A DNA stretch of 64,000 nt. Origin: Octopus sinensis. Taxonomy: Eukaryota. The stretch's first letter is position 1, and every line of letters begins with the position of its first letter. Where the stretch lies: NCBI RefSeq assembly GCF_006345805.1, contig NC_043003.1, forward strand, positions 99,572,001 through 99,636,000. Direction: 5' to 3'. A model generated the notes under the pieces. It was not told where the DNA came from, made no database searches, and saw only the letters and a program-made list of their open reading frames with translations. Shown piece by piece: positions 51,400-64,000 of the stretch. The translations under genes were made by a program, and so were the position numbers.

Positions 51400-51609
51400 T
51401 ACAACATTCTGACAGTCTCCACAGAAACAAGCAGCCAAACTGTTTATATACTCAACAAATGCAGTAGTAACTCTATGAAGGAGTCCGTAATTTGCATACT
51501 GAAAGTGTTTAATACTCTATAAATATATATATTCCTACATATAAGTCAACACATGCATATACACATTTATACATAGATATAGAGAGATACATACGTATTT
51601 ACACTCATG

Positions 51610-51675
<66 letters not shown>

Positions 51676-54392
51676 CTTAACATACTAAGAACCAGGCGTA
51701 CATTTAGATATACATATATAAATATAACAATGTAGAAACATAGGAAATACAAATATACAAACAGGTGTACGCATACATCATGCGCTTATGTTACTGAAGA
51801 AAATGTAGCTAGAGATATTAACAATACTGGCTTATGTGAATGAGACACATTCCTCTATCCTGTAGCATTAAGTTGAATTAAAACCCCTTTTTCAGAATTT
51901 AATTCCACACACATATAGCTACACGAACATTGCGAGACATATACACAAATATAAAACGAAACACACCTTGCATACATAGGCATATGTGCACATATACACA
52001 CAACGTGCAACCACCGTGATATGAAGCGAAAATTATACACTTGTTGCCGTATTAAACAGTGAGTTGTCACAAAAGGGAATGTCTCATTCTTCTGTATGCA
52101 AGGAGAGAAATCTGACGTTTCGAATATAATCCTTTCATGAGGCATAAACTGGTGGTGTTTTCTTTTTTATGTTAGAAATCCCTTGTATACACTTAAAGGA
52201 ATACAAAATGATCTATATATTTATACGCTAAGGCCAATGATGTGACGCTGTCACGTGGTTAGTTGGAGAGAAATGTGTAAAGAGAGAGAAGAGTGTTAGC
52301 AGTGAGAGCTAGGAGAAAGGGATTATTATTATGTTATGAAGTTAAATAGTTATTTGAAAGAAGAAGAAGCAGAGAGAGAGAGAGTCAAAGAAACAGAACA
52401 TGTTTAGTGCAGGGAGATGTGGTATTGTTGAAAAGAGAGGCAAAGAGAGTGAGGGTTAGAAAGAAGGACAGCAACTGTGTATGTACTGAAGGAAACGCGG
52501 AAGAGGAAAATGCTATAACAGTCAACGTGCATAGTTTTATTTTCTTTAAAAAAAAAACAGTTACCAAAGTGCAGTAGCAGAATAATATCGTAGATAATGC
52601 CTTTGATCGTGTTCCATAGGTAAGATTGTTTACTTCTTGGCGTAAGGTGAAAAGTAATATATAACACTCACAGAGTAGAAGACGCGAAAAATATAGCTTT
52701 CAGAGATGATGTTTCTTGAGATTGCACCATCAATACTACCTGTGTGAGCTTTTACGTCATCGTAAATATCAAACGCTTCAGAAAAATATACACTCTCACA
52801 ATTTTCAAAACAACTGTGGAATTTCGATGGGTAATACTAGCAAAAGTAGTTATTTAAGTATGTAAAAAATGATTTTTTTCGATTATGAAAAATAGACGGA
52901 TGAATGCTTGTAAATAATGAGTTTTTGCAAATAATATTGATTAAAAAATAATCTGACACTAATTAGGTGAGATGAGTGTGTTGTCGACTTATACATCCTC
53001 GGAATACTAATGGTGCTTTTTTACCGTCCCCAGAGGAGTAAAGCTGAATCTAGTAGAATTCGAACTTAGGATTGACGACCTGTAAACATTTGTATGTCAT
53101 GAATGTAATCCATTAAATGAACACAATATATTACTCATAGTTATATTAACAAACTCAGATGGATAAAAAGCAAAACTGATACCGGTAGAGTCTTTTTTTT
53201 TATGAAAAAGTTGTTGCAGTGCTAATTCACTGCTTCAGCGTATCTTTCACACACAGCTGTAAGGATATATGCAGCATTAATCTCTAAGATAGATGCAAAG
53301 ATACAATTTTTGGTTGGGATGAGATTACAATATATCAAACAACTACTTAATTTGTCAACCCCCTGCGAAATAAAAGACAAAGTTGATGCTAGTATGTCTG
53401 ATGCTCTACCAACTCTGCCATATGAAGACAGCATATCATAGCGGCAATTAAAGCTTACATTTATTGTTGTGCGTAAGTGTATGTGCATGCATGCATGTGT
53501 GTGCGCGCGTGCGTGCGCGTGTGTGTGTGTGTGTGTGTTGTCGGATAGATTCGAGATCGAAAGTTTTGACCTTTAATTCTCGACCTAGGAAGTGTAATAG
53601 ACAAAATTGACCTTGTTAGAATTTAAACTCGTGGTGTAAGGGAACGTGACTAAACTGCGCAGAAGAAAATAAATGAAGTCCACTTCTCTAGCAACTGTGT
53701 TAAAAGAACATTCTCTATTGTCGATCCGACACATTAGCCCGTCCTTAGGAGGTTGAAGGTTCCAATAGCATTTCTTATCTGGAAGAAGAGGCAGCTTGCT
53801 CCTCTTGAATTGCTCTTTATAGAGCCAACTCAGAGAGAGAAATATGGAGAAGATTCCACCTAGGTATCTGACTCATATCTTATTTATCTGTCTTGGAAAG
53901 ATTAAAGGCAAAGTTTACTACGGCGGAATTTGAACTCAGAGTGGAGAGAACCGTAATAAATCCTGCAAGGTATTCTATCCGACGTTCTAGAATCTCGCCA
54001 TTTTGTAAGAATAACAAAGGACATTTTTTTTAAAGAACTGGAAACGAAGATAGTGATTTCCATGTTATTCAGAGTCATTTTAGGTAAAAACACTACTGTG
54101 AATAAAAAAAAATAGAAGAAAAATTTGAAATTCATTTTTAAACACAAAAGAAATAAAAAATAATTTTAAGTATTAAACAAGATGGTTATGTATTGTAATA
54201 GAACAAACAAGATGTGTTATTTTACAAGAATACAAACGGAAATTCTTAAGACTAAGAAAGAATACCTATGATAAAGAACAGCTTTAGAAATATCTGTACG
54301 AAATGTCTTATGATAAGAATGAATCAAAAAAGAAAAAAATAACAATCTTAAAAAATATCCTTCAAAAGATTTTTTAACAAACGTAACATAAC

Positions 54393-54430
<38 letters not shown>

Positions 54431-54802
54431 CATTTCGAGAATTAATAATTGTAAATAAGATTAGGATTAGTAATGATTTTCTAAAATTATCAAACACTTT
54501 CAAAAATATTGAAAAACATGTATTTATCGTTTCATTTGATTTATCAGAAGGAGCTGCCTCAACTTTCTAGAAATGGTAGCAAACTCTTCTTCATATTATA
54601 CTTTGCCGTATAAAAGACAAATGTTATCTGAAACAAAGGCAGAATGGTCGAGGGTTGAATGGCTTTGATCAGAATTTTGTCAGATCTGAAACTAAACTAC
54701 AACTACGGAGGGACCAAAGGTGATAGAATTGACACCGCTTAGATTTGAACGCAGGACGTTAACCGACGTAGCTGTAGGTTTTTCTCTCTCTTTTCCTCTC
54801 CT

Positions 54803-54856
<54 letters not shown>

Positions 54857-55304
54857 TTGTTCTAGAGTTTACTCTCCATTCTGCAGGACTCTCCTTTTTT
54901 ATTCGTACGACTAAGATATTGCTCGAGTCGATGTGTCGATAAATCTGAATTTGGATGCTTCTTACTGTTTGTCGGATCCTGCCACGAGGAGGCCAGTAGG
55001 TAGGATGTAGGATTTCAACCCAGAATACATAGAAGTGGAACAGCCATCACCAGGAATCTCGTTCAGCATTCTAACAATTCCGTCGACCCACTATCGATTC
55101 TTAGTTTATTCATCGATCTCAAAAATGGTGAAAGACGATTTGGCTGGATTTGAGCTCAAAGAGTAGATAGCCTGAAATAATACAAGGCAAAAACATGTTG
55201 GCTTTTAATTCTAACGATTCTGCCAATTCGCTGCCTTGGAGGAGCTAAACATCACCAGGTATTTGCGTGTATGTATTTTTTATTGTTTTTTTTTTTTATC
55301 ATTC

Positions 55305-56260
55305 CACACAGTATTCCATCCGAGAGCTGAACTACCACGTATTGTGCCATACGGGCGGCGAAGCTACGGACATTTACAGCAAAACCTTACGAGAGTGGAG
55401 GCAGATGACATGGGCCTCCACAATCATCGATTTGAAGTCAGCACACCTGCAGCTGCATGTGGCTGAGAGACTGTGGAGATATCAGCTGGTAAGCTATTAA
55501 GGACGGGCATACTGCCTGACTAGGTTGGGATTCGGGCTAAAAACAGCACCGAAGGTTATGGCGAGGATTCTAAAAACTATCCTGGGAAAGGTGGACAAAG
55601 TGAAAAGAGCCACCAATTCCTCTAGTGATGACATCCTGCTGGACGAGAGCAGTATTGGCGAAGGAGGTCATAAGCCACCTGAAGGGTTTTGGGCTAACTG
55701 CCAAATCGCCGGAGGCAATGGAAGGAGGTGCGGCACTGGCACTCAAGCTATGGAGAGACAAGGCCAGCATTGGTGTTTCAGAGAGGGAATGAGATCCCAG
55801 AACTGAGCTCCAAGTAGGCGAAAACTGTTTTCTGTGTGGGAAGCTGCTGGGACACTACCCGATTGCAGGATGGTTCCGTACGGCATGCAGCTTCATCAAG
55901 AGGCCAGCAAAAGGAATGAGGTGGAGTGATAACGTTGGCGAGAGAGTGACTGCAGAGGCCCCAATAAGAGGAAACTGATATGTGTCCAAATTGAAGAATG
56001 GGATCGTGTGGTGTGATGCCAGCAGCATAGCAACGGGAGTTGTCCTGGAAATTGGAGGTGTCGTGGTGGAGTATGCGGCCTGGCTGAGGAAGAAGGACGA
56101 CTGCAACCACATAAACGTGGCGGAGCTGGATGCCGTGTTGAAGGTGCTGAACCTGGCCTTGAGGTAGGGGCTGCGTACCATCGAGATCCAGGCCATTGTA
56201 CATAGAAAGGGTGGGAGGATCAGTGGTCACCGGCGAGCGGAGGGTGCGAACCAAAGGGGA
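55305..56260 (+). mobile_element. Gypsy-type LTR retrotransposon remnant (RT-RNase H)
   Basis: IDLKSAHLQL, YCLTRLGFGLKTAP, (S)DDIL, WCDASS..TGVVL, HINVAELDAV. Confidence 0.85.
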
Positions 56261-56315
56261 CACAGAGATAAAATGCCGTTTGGGAATTCTGGTGGTTAGG
56301 AAAGGTGGTATTATC

Positions 56316-56400
<85 letters not shown>

Positions 56401-57419
56401 CCACCTTTCATTGCCAACTAAACTTCTACGCTCAGATATCATCCCTATGCAACCTAGATAACTCGTGGAGTAACCATTAAGATGACTCTTTCAGAGGAAT
56501 TCACATCGTTGTAAACTTTTGTACACGAGTACCTCTCCCTTCCTTCCTTGTCTTTTTCAACATCTACACTTTTTACTGTAGATCAGGGTCAACAAAGGAG
56601 TCAATATTGATCCCTGGTGTGTGTGGGTAGGGGAGTGGCTGTGGTTATCCAAGGGGTCAATAAACACCTGAAACGATTTTGAGCATTAAAGGGACTGCAT
56701 TTTTAATGAACTGAATCTGGAAAAGGTAGTAATTTAAAACTAATGTCCAGTCAAATGTCAATGTAATAACTAGAATTCCCCAAACATATTTCACATTAGA
56801 TATTCCGACTGTATTAACATATGACTGAATTTTTGTTGTTCATTTCATTTCGTACTTTCATTAATTTTTTTATATTTCTTATTAAAATGCGGTATAAAGC
56901 AAAAGAACGAAGGCATATTTTAATTTTAAATCAAGAAATTTTGATGTTACACTTTTAGTTTTATTTTAGAAATTTGCATGATGGTGGATCAATAACTTAT
57001 CAACGATTTCACGAAGGGATAAATGACCAAAGTTTGCCAGCCCCTGCTGTAGATGTTGACTTGAAAAACCGTCCCTCTCCCTTGTTTTTTTCCACGCTAT
57101 TTACTGTAGACGTTGACTCGCAGTATGTCAAACCGAACATAAAATGTACCAGTTTCACTCTGTAAGAGGTGAGACTTGAATGTAGGACAAAGCATCACTG
57201 GGACAAATCTCCTCGGGTAACCTTATTATCGCATATTTAGAATATGAAGTAGAACAGAAGCCCGTGATTAAATAGACAAACCAAATAAGTGAAAATTCAG
57301 GTTTTAGAAGGAAAGAAAATCATTAAGAAAATTTTCAAAAATTTATTTACTTAATTTTAGTGTAACTAAAGAAAGTGCTAACCAAATGCTTTATTATTAA
57401 GTATGCCATGGTGGTGGTG

Positions 57420-57810
57420 TTTATGGTTGACTGGCAGTCTTTAGAATGACGCACAAAATGTCTTACGGTATTTGTTGCGATCTTTACGTTCTGCGCCACA
57501 AAGCCCACCAAGTTCGATTTTGTCTTTCAGTCATTTGACAGTGGTTAAATAAAATATTATTATAGTTAGAACTGAGGTCGATGTTATCGACTGTTCCTTT
57601 TCATCTTCAAGTTCATGCCTTATTCTTTTTCTTTCTATTATAGGCACAAGGTTTGGAGGTGGGGCTAGTCGGTTACATTGACCACAGTGATCAACTGGTA
57701 TTTATCTTATCGACCCTGAAAGGACGAAAATCAAAGTTGTCCTCGGTGGACATCGAAATCAGAACGAAAAGCAAGAATAAATGACGCCAAGCAGCGGGTA
57801 AACGATTCTC
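57420..57810. mobile_element. Two diverged SINE-B copies in opposite orientation (also decayed copies at ~53900-54000 and ~55000-55235)
   Basis: GGCACAAGG and TTATCGACCC-type motifs. Confidence 0.55.
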
Positions 57811-58496
57811 ACAGTCTTTTAGACAAATATTTTTATTTGTACAAACAATATTTGTTTTACAAAACTACTTTTTAACAATTTCTGAAAATCATTAAACCAA
57901 GAGCACTGTATATCAAATTAAGTGCCTAGAAGGAGCTTGCGCGACTATCCCAGAGTCTGTTCATATAACCTACGTACCTATCCGTCTGTATGTTGAACCG
58001 ACGCAACGAAAATTTTAGGAAAATAAAAATAAGAAATAAGTGGAAATGAGTGTTAAATTATGAGGTACAAAAAGAAAATGACTCTCCTCAGAATCTTGCA
58101 AACCAAATCTCAAAACGAAATATATCAAAATAATGCAATTATATGAGAATACATTTAAGATTTAAAGATATTTGGTTTGTTACAGGCTTCTCAGATAGAG
58201 GGAAAATTAATTGTTGTTTACACAAAAACAAGATTAGGCACACACTTTTAAACAGATACATGCACACGCTTATTCAGATATCTTCAGATATACATATGCA
58301 GACACATACAATCACAGGCGCATGTATGTTGTTGTTTATTAAACCCAAGCACACACACATACATGCATATATTTATGTATACATATATAAATATATACTC
58401 TTTGTGTGTATGTGTGTATACACGCACACACTCACACACACGCGCGCGCGCGCACGCACACACCCACACCCACATATAAATATATGTATGTATATA

Positions 58497-59556
58497 CAGG
58501 GTGCGTAAGGTATTTGAGAACATACCATTTTTGGGTCATTGCTGCATTTTTTGCTAATTCTGTATAATCTTTGTTTCAGAAAATAATAATGGCAGACCCT
58601 CACCTTACTCAAGAAATGAAGAAGCATGCTGTTATTGTGGTTATAAAGGCTGAGCATAGCGATTTAGAAATATCTCGATTTTTAAAAGTTGCCAGATCTT
58701 TCGTCTACAAAGTTTGTAAGGAGCTAGAGATTGAAGATGGAAACGTATCACCAGTATCGAGGCATAAAAAGCATTCTAAACGCTCTGAAACCATCAGAAC
58801 ACCTGAATTTATCCAGCAAATTCAACAGACCATTTATTACAATGCCAGAAAATCCATGAGGTCAATTGCAAATGATCTCCATGTATCAGAAGGAACAGTC
58901 AGAAATGTTGTCCACGAAGACATCATATAAGGTCAATTAGTCAGAAAAAGCAAAAGAAAAACACTATATCAGATCTAAAAGACTCTTAAACAAACTGAAA
59001 AATCCAGCAGAAGATTAGATTTGGTTTTTCTCAAACGAGAACAATTTTGACCATGATCACAAAGTTAACAGAAGAAATGAAGTTCCAAGTGTTATGCATA
59101 CACAATTTCCTGCAACTGTCATAGTTTTAGGGGTTGTCAGCAATGAAGGACATGTGATGCCACCTTACTTCTTTCCACAAGATCTTTGAGTTAACTCTAC
59201 CGCCTACATTGAGGTCCTGAAAATAATCGTTAAGCTCTGGATAAACAGCGTATGCAATAGAAGGCTATCACACATGGCTCTAGAAACACAAGAATGGATG
59301 GCTGAACATTTTCATGATCACAGAACACCTAACATATGGCCCCCTAATTCCCCAGATCTCAATCCACTTGATTGTGTGCATGTAGATGATTTAGATCTTG
59401 TAAAGAAGCAGTTGTTGAAGCTAAAGGTGGCTTTATTGAATAACATTATAGAAAAGAAGGTATCCTCATAGCATTTTTCGATAAATAAAGTTATCTGTTA
59501 TTATATATCTGTTGTCTATAAACATAAATCTGTCCTCAAATATCTTACGCACCCTG
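58497..59556 (+). mobile_element. Tc1/mariner element, maT/DD37D-like, both TIRs intact, internally deleted transposase
   Basis: TA|CAGGGTGCGTAAGGTATTTGAG ... CTCAAATATCTTACGCACCCTG|TA; HTH (KSMRSIANDLHVSEGTVR), WFFS(D>N)E, WPPNSPDLNPLD. Confidence 0.88.
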
Positions 59557-59879
59557 TACGTATGTATGCATACATGTATGTATGTATGTATGTATGTATG
59601 TATGTATGCATGTATGTATGTATGTATGTATGTGTGTGTATGTATGTATGTATGTGTGTATGTATGTAATGTATGTGTGTGTATGCATGTATGTATGTAT
59701 GTGTATGTGTATGTATGTATGTATGTATGTATGTATGTATGTATGTATGTATGTATGTATGTATGTATGTATGTATGCATGTATGTGCAAACAGATACAC
59801 ATAATAGAAATATGAGTCTAGCATTAAAAGTCAAATCTCTTATGCTAATAGAAAGTTCGATGAAACGAGAAGAGTTTCT

Positions 59880-61500
59880 ACTGAAGATATAAACGATTGA
59901 ATTTCAGATTTTGATAAAATTAATAACCAGCCTGGAGCCAATGAATAAATTCAGGTATTTGGTGGTCACAGCTTAGCATTATGTTCTTCATGCAGAAGAA
60001 TATAACCGGAAACATCTTAGTAACAATCATTTTGTCAATTCCTGAATTCATTCAGATAGCCATTTGGGTCCATTTACAGCAACATGCCTCAGTAATTTTT
60101 CACTGTTAAAGGAAGTTTCTTTTAATAGCTCTGAACGACTTCAGTATGACTAATATGAGAGAATCCAAACATTTCATGCAATTCATTCCTTCCCGTGGAG
60201 ACAAGTTTGTTTTCAATAGTAATTAATGCTATATTGTATATATCATCATTATTTTCCTGCCAGGACATTGCAACTAAATCTGATATCTGCAATCTTGTGC
60301 AAGAGCTTTTCTTAATCTCAGCCATATTGATGCTGGATCTTCTAAGTCACAGTCTTTCAATAGCATAACAGCGACTTCAAGATTCTTCCTATGCAAGACA
60401 CAGAGGCTTCTAATATAACTGTCTTCTAACGATTATCACCTTGTAGCGATTTCTAAATTCTCTGTAAGAAATTCTCTGTAAGAAATTCTCTGAAAATGAT
60501 CAACAAATCAAAAATCCAGAAAAGATATGGAACCAACAATTTGATAGTAAAAGCATTCTTGTCGAGGTATATGCATAGCATATGCATCTAACTCTTAACA
60601 TTAGTTCCCTTTTTTGCAATTTTATTTTGAACAAAGTTTGTAAAGAGCTGTAAAAGTGTTTTTTTCTCGACGCAAGAAAATGCCGAGCAGCAGTTTCTGC
60701 CGTGAAATAAATTGCTTGTTTATTGTCTAAGTAAACAACCAGTCGTTGAACTGGAGGACATCTTTCATGAATTAAGGAAACCAAATACTCACCGAAAAGC
60801 CTCATATAGCGTTCCATCTGAAACTGTGTGATGCCTTCCACTTGAAAATTTCGTTGTTATATAGTGAACATTGCGGCATCAGAACCCATATCTACAGAAA
60901 TTACAGTATTCTTCATTTACATGAATATTAAATGCTTTATATAAAAGCGAATAATAAAGCATTAATTGCCAATTACATACTGGCCATTTTTTTTTTCAAA
61001 ATCTCTTCTTGGATATCCATCGACACGTTTGAGTTCCTTTAATAAACTTCTGTTGAATTTCGTGCAATATATGATAGTGCTGAGGTAATTATAAGGAATA
61101 ACTGGGTCGGGGCGGACTGAGTCCATCAACAAAGAGCAAAGGAAATTGTAGAACACTTTATGAGCGATGAGTTTCATTTACATATTTAGTCTTTTGTCGA
61201 CATCAGTGACAACTTGAAAATATAGCATTGAGGTAGATTCTAAAACATACCAAAGACTTTTGATTGTTTTCATAAAATGTTTCATGCAGCTTTAAAGTAA
61301 TTTTATAATCTGGTGCTTGAACAGATTTTTGTTGCGGTCACGTGCTTATTTTTTAATGTCCTTCCGAAAATAGATCTGTAAAATTATGGTTCTTTATTTT
61401 GTAAAGACCGAATAAAATCACCTCTCTGCTTGTACTTTAAAAGTTGGCATAAACTCATTTTGTCTCATAATTTCTGCTCCAAATGATATCATTTGAAAAT
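59880..61500 (-). mobile_element. Helitron Rep/helicase remnant, heavily deleted
   Basis: FQMISFGA..MPTFKVQ, QKVFG, DGYP, ITQFQMERY, IHERCPPVQRLVVYL...AIYF, IYNIALITIE. Confidence 0.75.
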
Positions 61501-62779
61501 TATAGCTGTGGATGTAATGTTTTTTTTTTCTACTCTTTTTTTTTTACAAATATTTTGGATTTATAGTGGTACTGAAAACGAAATCCAATTATAAATTGTG
61601 GCCGCTCAATTAGAGACAAACAGACCTTAGCATTAGAGCCTCACGTACCGATTTATTCTTTATCCTACCAACACACCAACACTCCTGTCACATGTCTTAC
61701 ACGTCGAGTCCAGAGATGCAATTTCTTTCAAATGTATCATCATGATTAGGATCATAATTAAATGCAGTTTCTCCGTGCTTTTTTCTCAAATTTTTTATTT
61801 GTAAGATTCTATTGCTTTTAAATTTTATTTCTCAGTCTATTTCAACCTTTTGTGTTGTCTTTTTCTTTCTGTCTTTCTTCGTTTTTACAATGTTATTTGT
61901 TTGTCTTTTTCATTTTCCTGAGTATTTTCATTTCTATAATTTTCCCTCTTTCTGTGCCATTTTATTTCTCCATTTTGTTCTCGTTTCTTCCCCACATACT
62001 CACTCATTTTTTTCAACCTCATTTTCTATCCGTTTTACTTTTTATTTTCTCAGTATAACGCTTTGTCACCTTTTGAAGTTTCATTCCTTTCCTCTGTCTT
62101 TTTCACTCTTTTACGGTAATAATTATTTGTTTACTTTTCTCTCATGCTCATGAACGCTCATGAGAAAGAGATCATCATAGTGGTCTTTTATAGTTTGACA
62201 ACTAAATAATACAGACATGTTCCATTCCAGGAGTACTCGACTATTTATAGTGAACTGAGAAACAATTTCAAAGCAATTCTTGTGATTAATCTGATTTAGC
62301 ATGCTACAATTCATTAATTGCTACCAATAAAACATTACCCGACTGATATAACTTTACGAATACTGCATTGCGCTACTAGGAATAAATGAGTGAAAACCCC
62401 TCGGTTGTTAAGTACATAATGTACGATTTTTTTCATGTATGATAGTAATTGATATTCTTATGAAATAAGAATCATGAGATCCTGAAAAAATTAATGATTA
62501 TTCATATGGATTTTAAATTAAATCTGTCCAAGAAATAAGTTAATTTGATTTTGTTGAATATTTTTCAATGAATTTAATGCATACTTTATCTTAAATGTAC
62601 GTTCAAGATGGCGGAAAAAGTATGATTGACATTATCCCCAACCATGAATAATAAGGTTCAAAACAAACAACTGTAACGTTGGACACTTGCATATTTGTTC
62701 TGCGTTCACTTGACACTTACGAGGCATTACAACGAAAATTTTAATTTCTAGCGAAAAAATTATAAAATGAATATAACAG

Positions 62780-63131
62780 CTTGTGTGTGTTGATGTTGAG
62801 CGAAGCGGTCTTCTATAGTGAGAGAAGTCCAAAACGTGGTTCTTTGCTATTCGTAAGACCCGCAGAAGAGAGAGCAGGTCAACCCCCGACACCGAGAATG
62901 CGCATCCAGGCTCAGCGGTTGCGTAAGAAGTCGGGGACAAGAAACAGGAAGAAAGAGTGAGAGAAAGTTGGAGCGGAAGAGTACAACAGGGGTCACCATC
63001 ACCCCCTGTCGGAGCCTCGTGGAGCTTTAGGTGTTTTCGGTCCATAAACACACACAACGCCCGGTCTGGGAATCGAAACCGCGATCCTCCGACCGCGAGT
63101 CCGCTACCCTAACCATTGGGCCATTGCGCCT

Positions 63132-63135
<4 letters not shown>
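62780..63135 (-). mobile_element. tRNA-derived SINE sharing its 5' ~200 bp with 39953-40258 but with a different 3' part
   Basis: GGAGGCGCAATGGCCCAATGGTTAGG...GGTTTCGATTCCCAGACCGGG. Confidence 0.8.
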
Positions 63136-63183
<48 letters not shown>

Positions 63184-63739
63184 CTAAATTAGATGTTCCA
63201 TTATGCAATTGCTACGACGAACATTCTTTAGAAACTAAACTATTTATCTCTCATAAATTATGCATTTACAGGGGGGATAACTGTAATACACCTGTAACTG
63301 CAAAGATTAGGGCTTTCTTCTTTTCTTCTTTTTTTTATATCATATTCTCCGACTTATAAAGTGTTCCTTGCTAAAACTTCTCCACATGAAAATTCTTCGT
63401 GTATTTATTCTTGGTTAACGAAATCAAGTTAATTTAAGTTACATTTAAGTGACGTGCTCACTTTGAAGTGGTATATCTCACTATGAAACGACACGTCCTC
63501 GTTTAAAAATCAATGTATTTGCACTTTGAAATTATGATTTCAGTTTATTGTGTAAAATACAATTACATATTGATAACCTATATCAATATGTATCGATGTA
63601 ATAGTTATTAATGGGAAAATTGTCAATTACTAACCACATAGAGATGTAACCTCTATATAACAGTAACCGATATAAATGTTGATTGGTTGGCTGGCTGGTT
63701 TGTTGGTTGGTTGGTTGATTTCTCCAGTCACGCTTTACA

Positions 63740-64000
63740 TCAGTAGTCCCCAAACTTTTTGGGGCTGCCGCCCCCTCAACACTCAGGCCACATTCCTAGC
63801 GCCGACACCTCAACAAACCATCACAAACATAGACTTCTTTCTGAAGCAAATTCAAAGCAACTGTATTTCACAAATAAATCCATTATTTTGTTGTTTTTAA
63901 CCCATTATCATCCCAATTTTTACATAAATTATACTCCATTAGCGCCTCACTTTTCTTCAACGCCCCCTTGGAACTTTCCACCGCCCCCAGTGGGCAATAT
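63740..64000 (+). mobile_element. Left end of an hAT-like non-autonomous element
   Basis: CAGTAGTCCCCAAACTTTTT resembles Charlie/MER-type TIRs; GCGCCCCC-like subterminal motifs; the right end lies outside the window. Confidence 0.55.

Overview
AT-rich, microsatellite-saturated animal genomic DNA. The SINE, LINE and repeat families look like those of octopus/coleoid cephalopods (recognition, not a database result). No host exon could be supported, so the window is probably intergenic or deep intronic. It is a patchwork of decayed mobile elements: a 5'-inverted Tx1-like LINE, R4/Dong-like LINEs stacked in (TAA)n, RTE fragments, three Penelope-like (PLE) pieces, a Gypsy RT-RNaseH remnant, mariner, maT-like and hAT transposons, MITEs, a Helitron remnant and many tRNA-derived SINEs. 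The main result is an unusually dense set of minimal type I hammerhead ribozyme (HHR) motifs: five with intact cores, three with single core substitutions, and several more decayed. Some sit at PLE ends. Others sit in short non-coding units bounded by direct repeats (retrozyme-like). One ~280-nt unit carries hammerhead folds on both strands. Fold-back inverted repeats are pervasive, including perfect 436-bp and 158-bp palindromes. All structures were folded by eye. Coordinates of decayed repeats are approximate.
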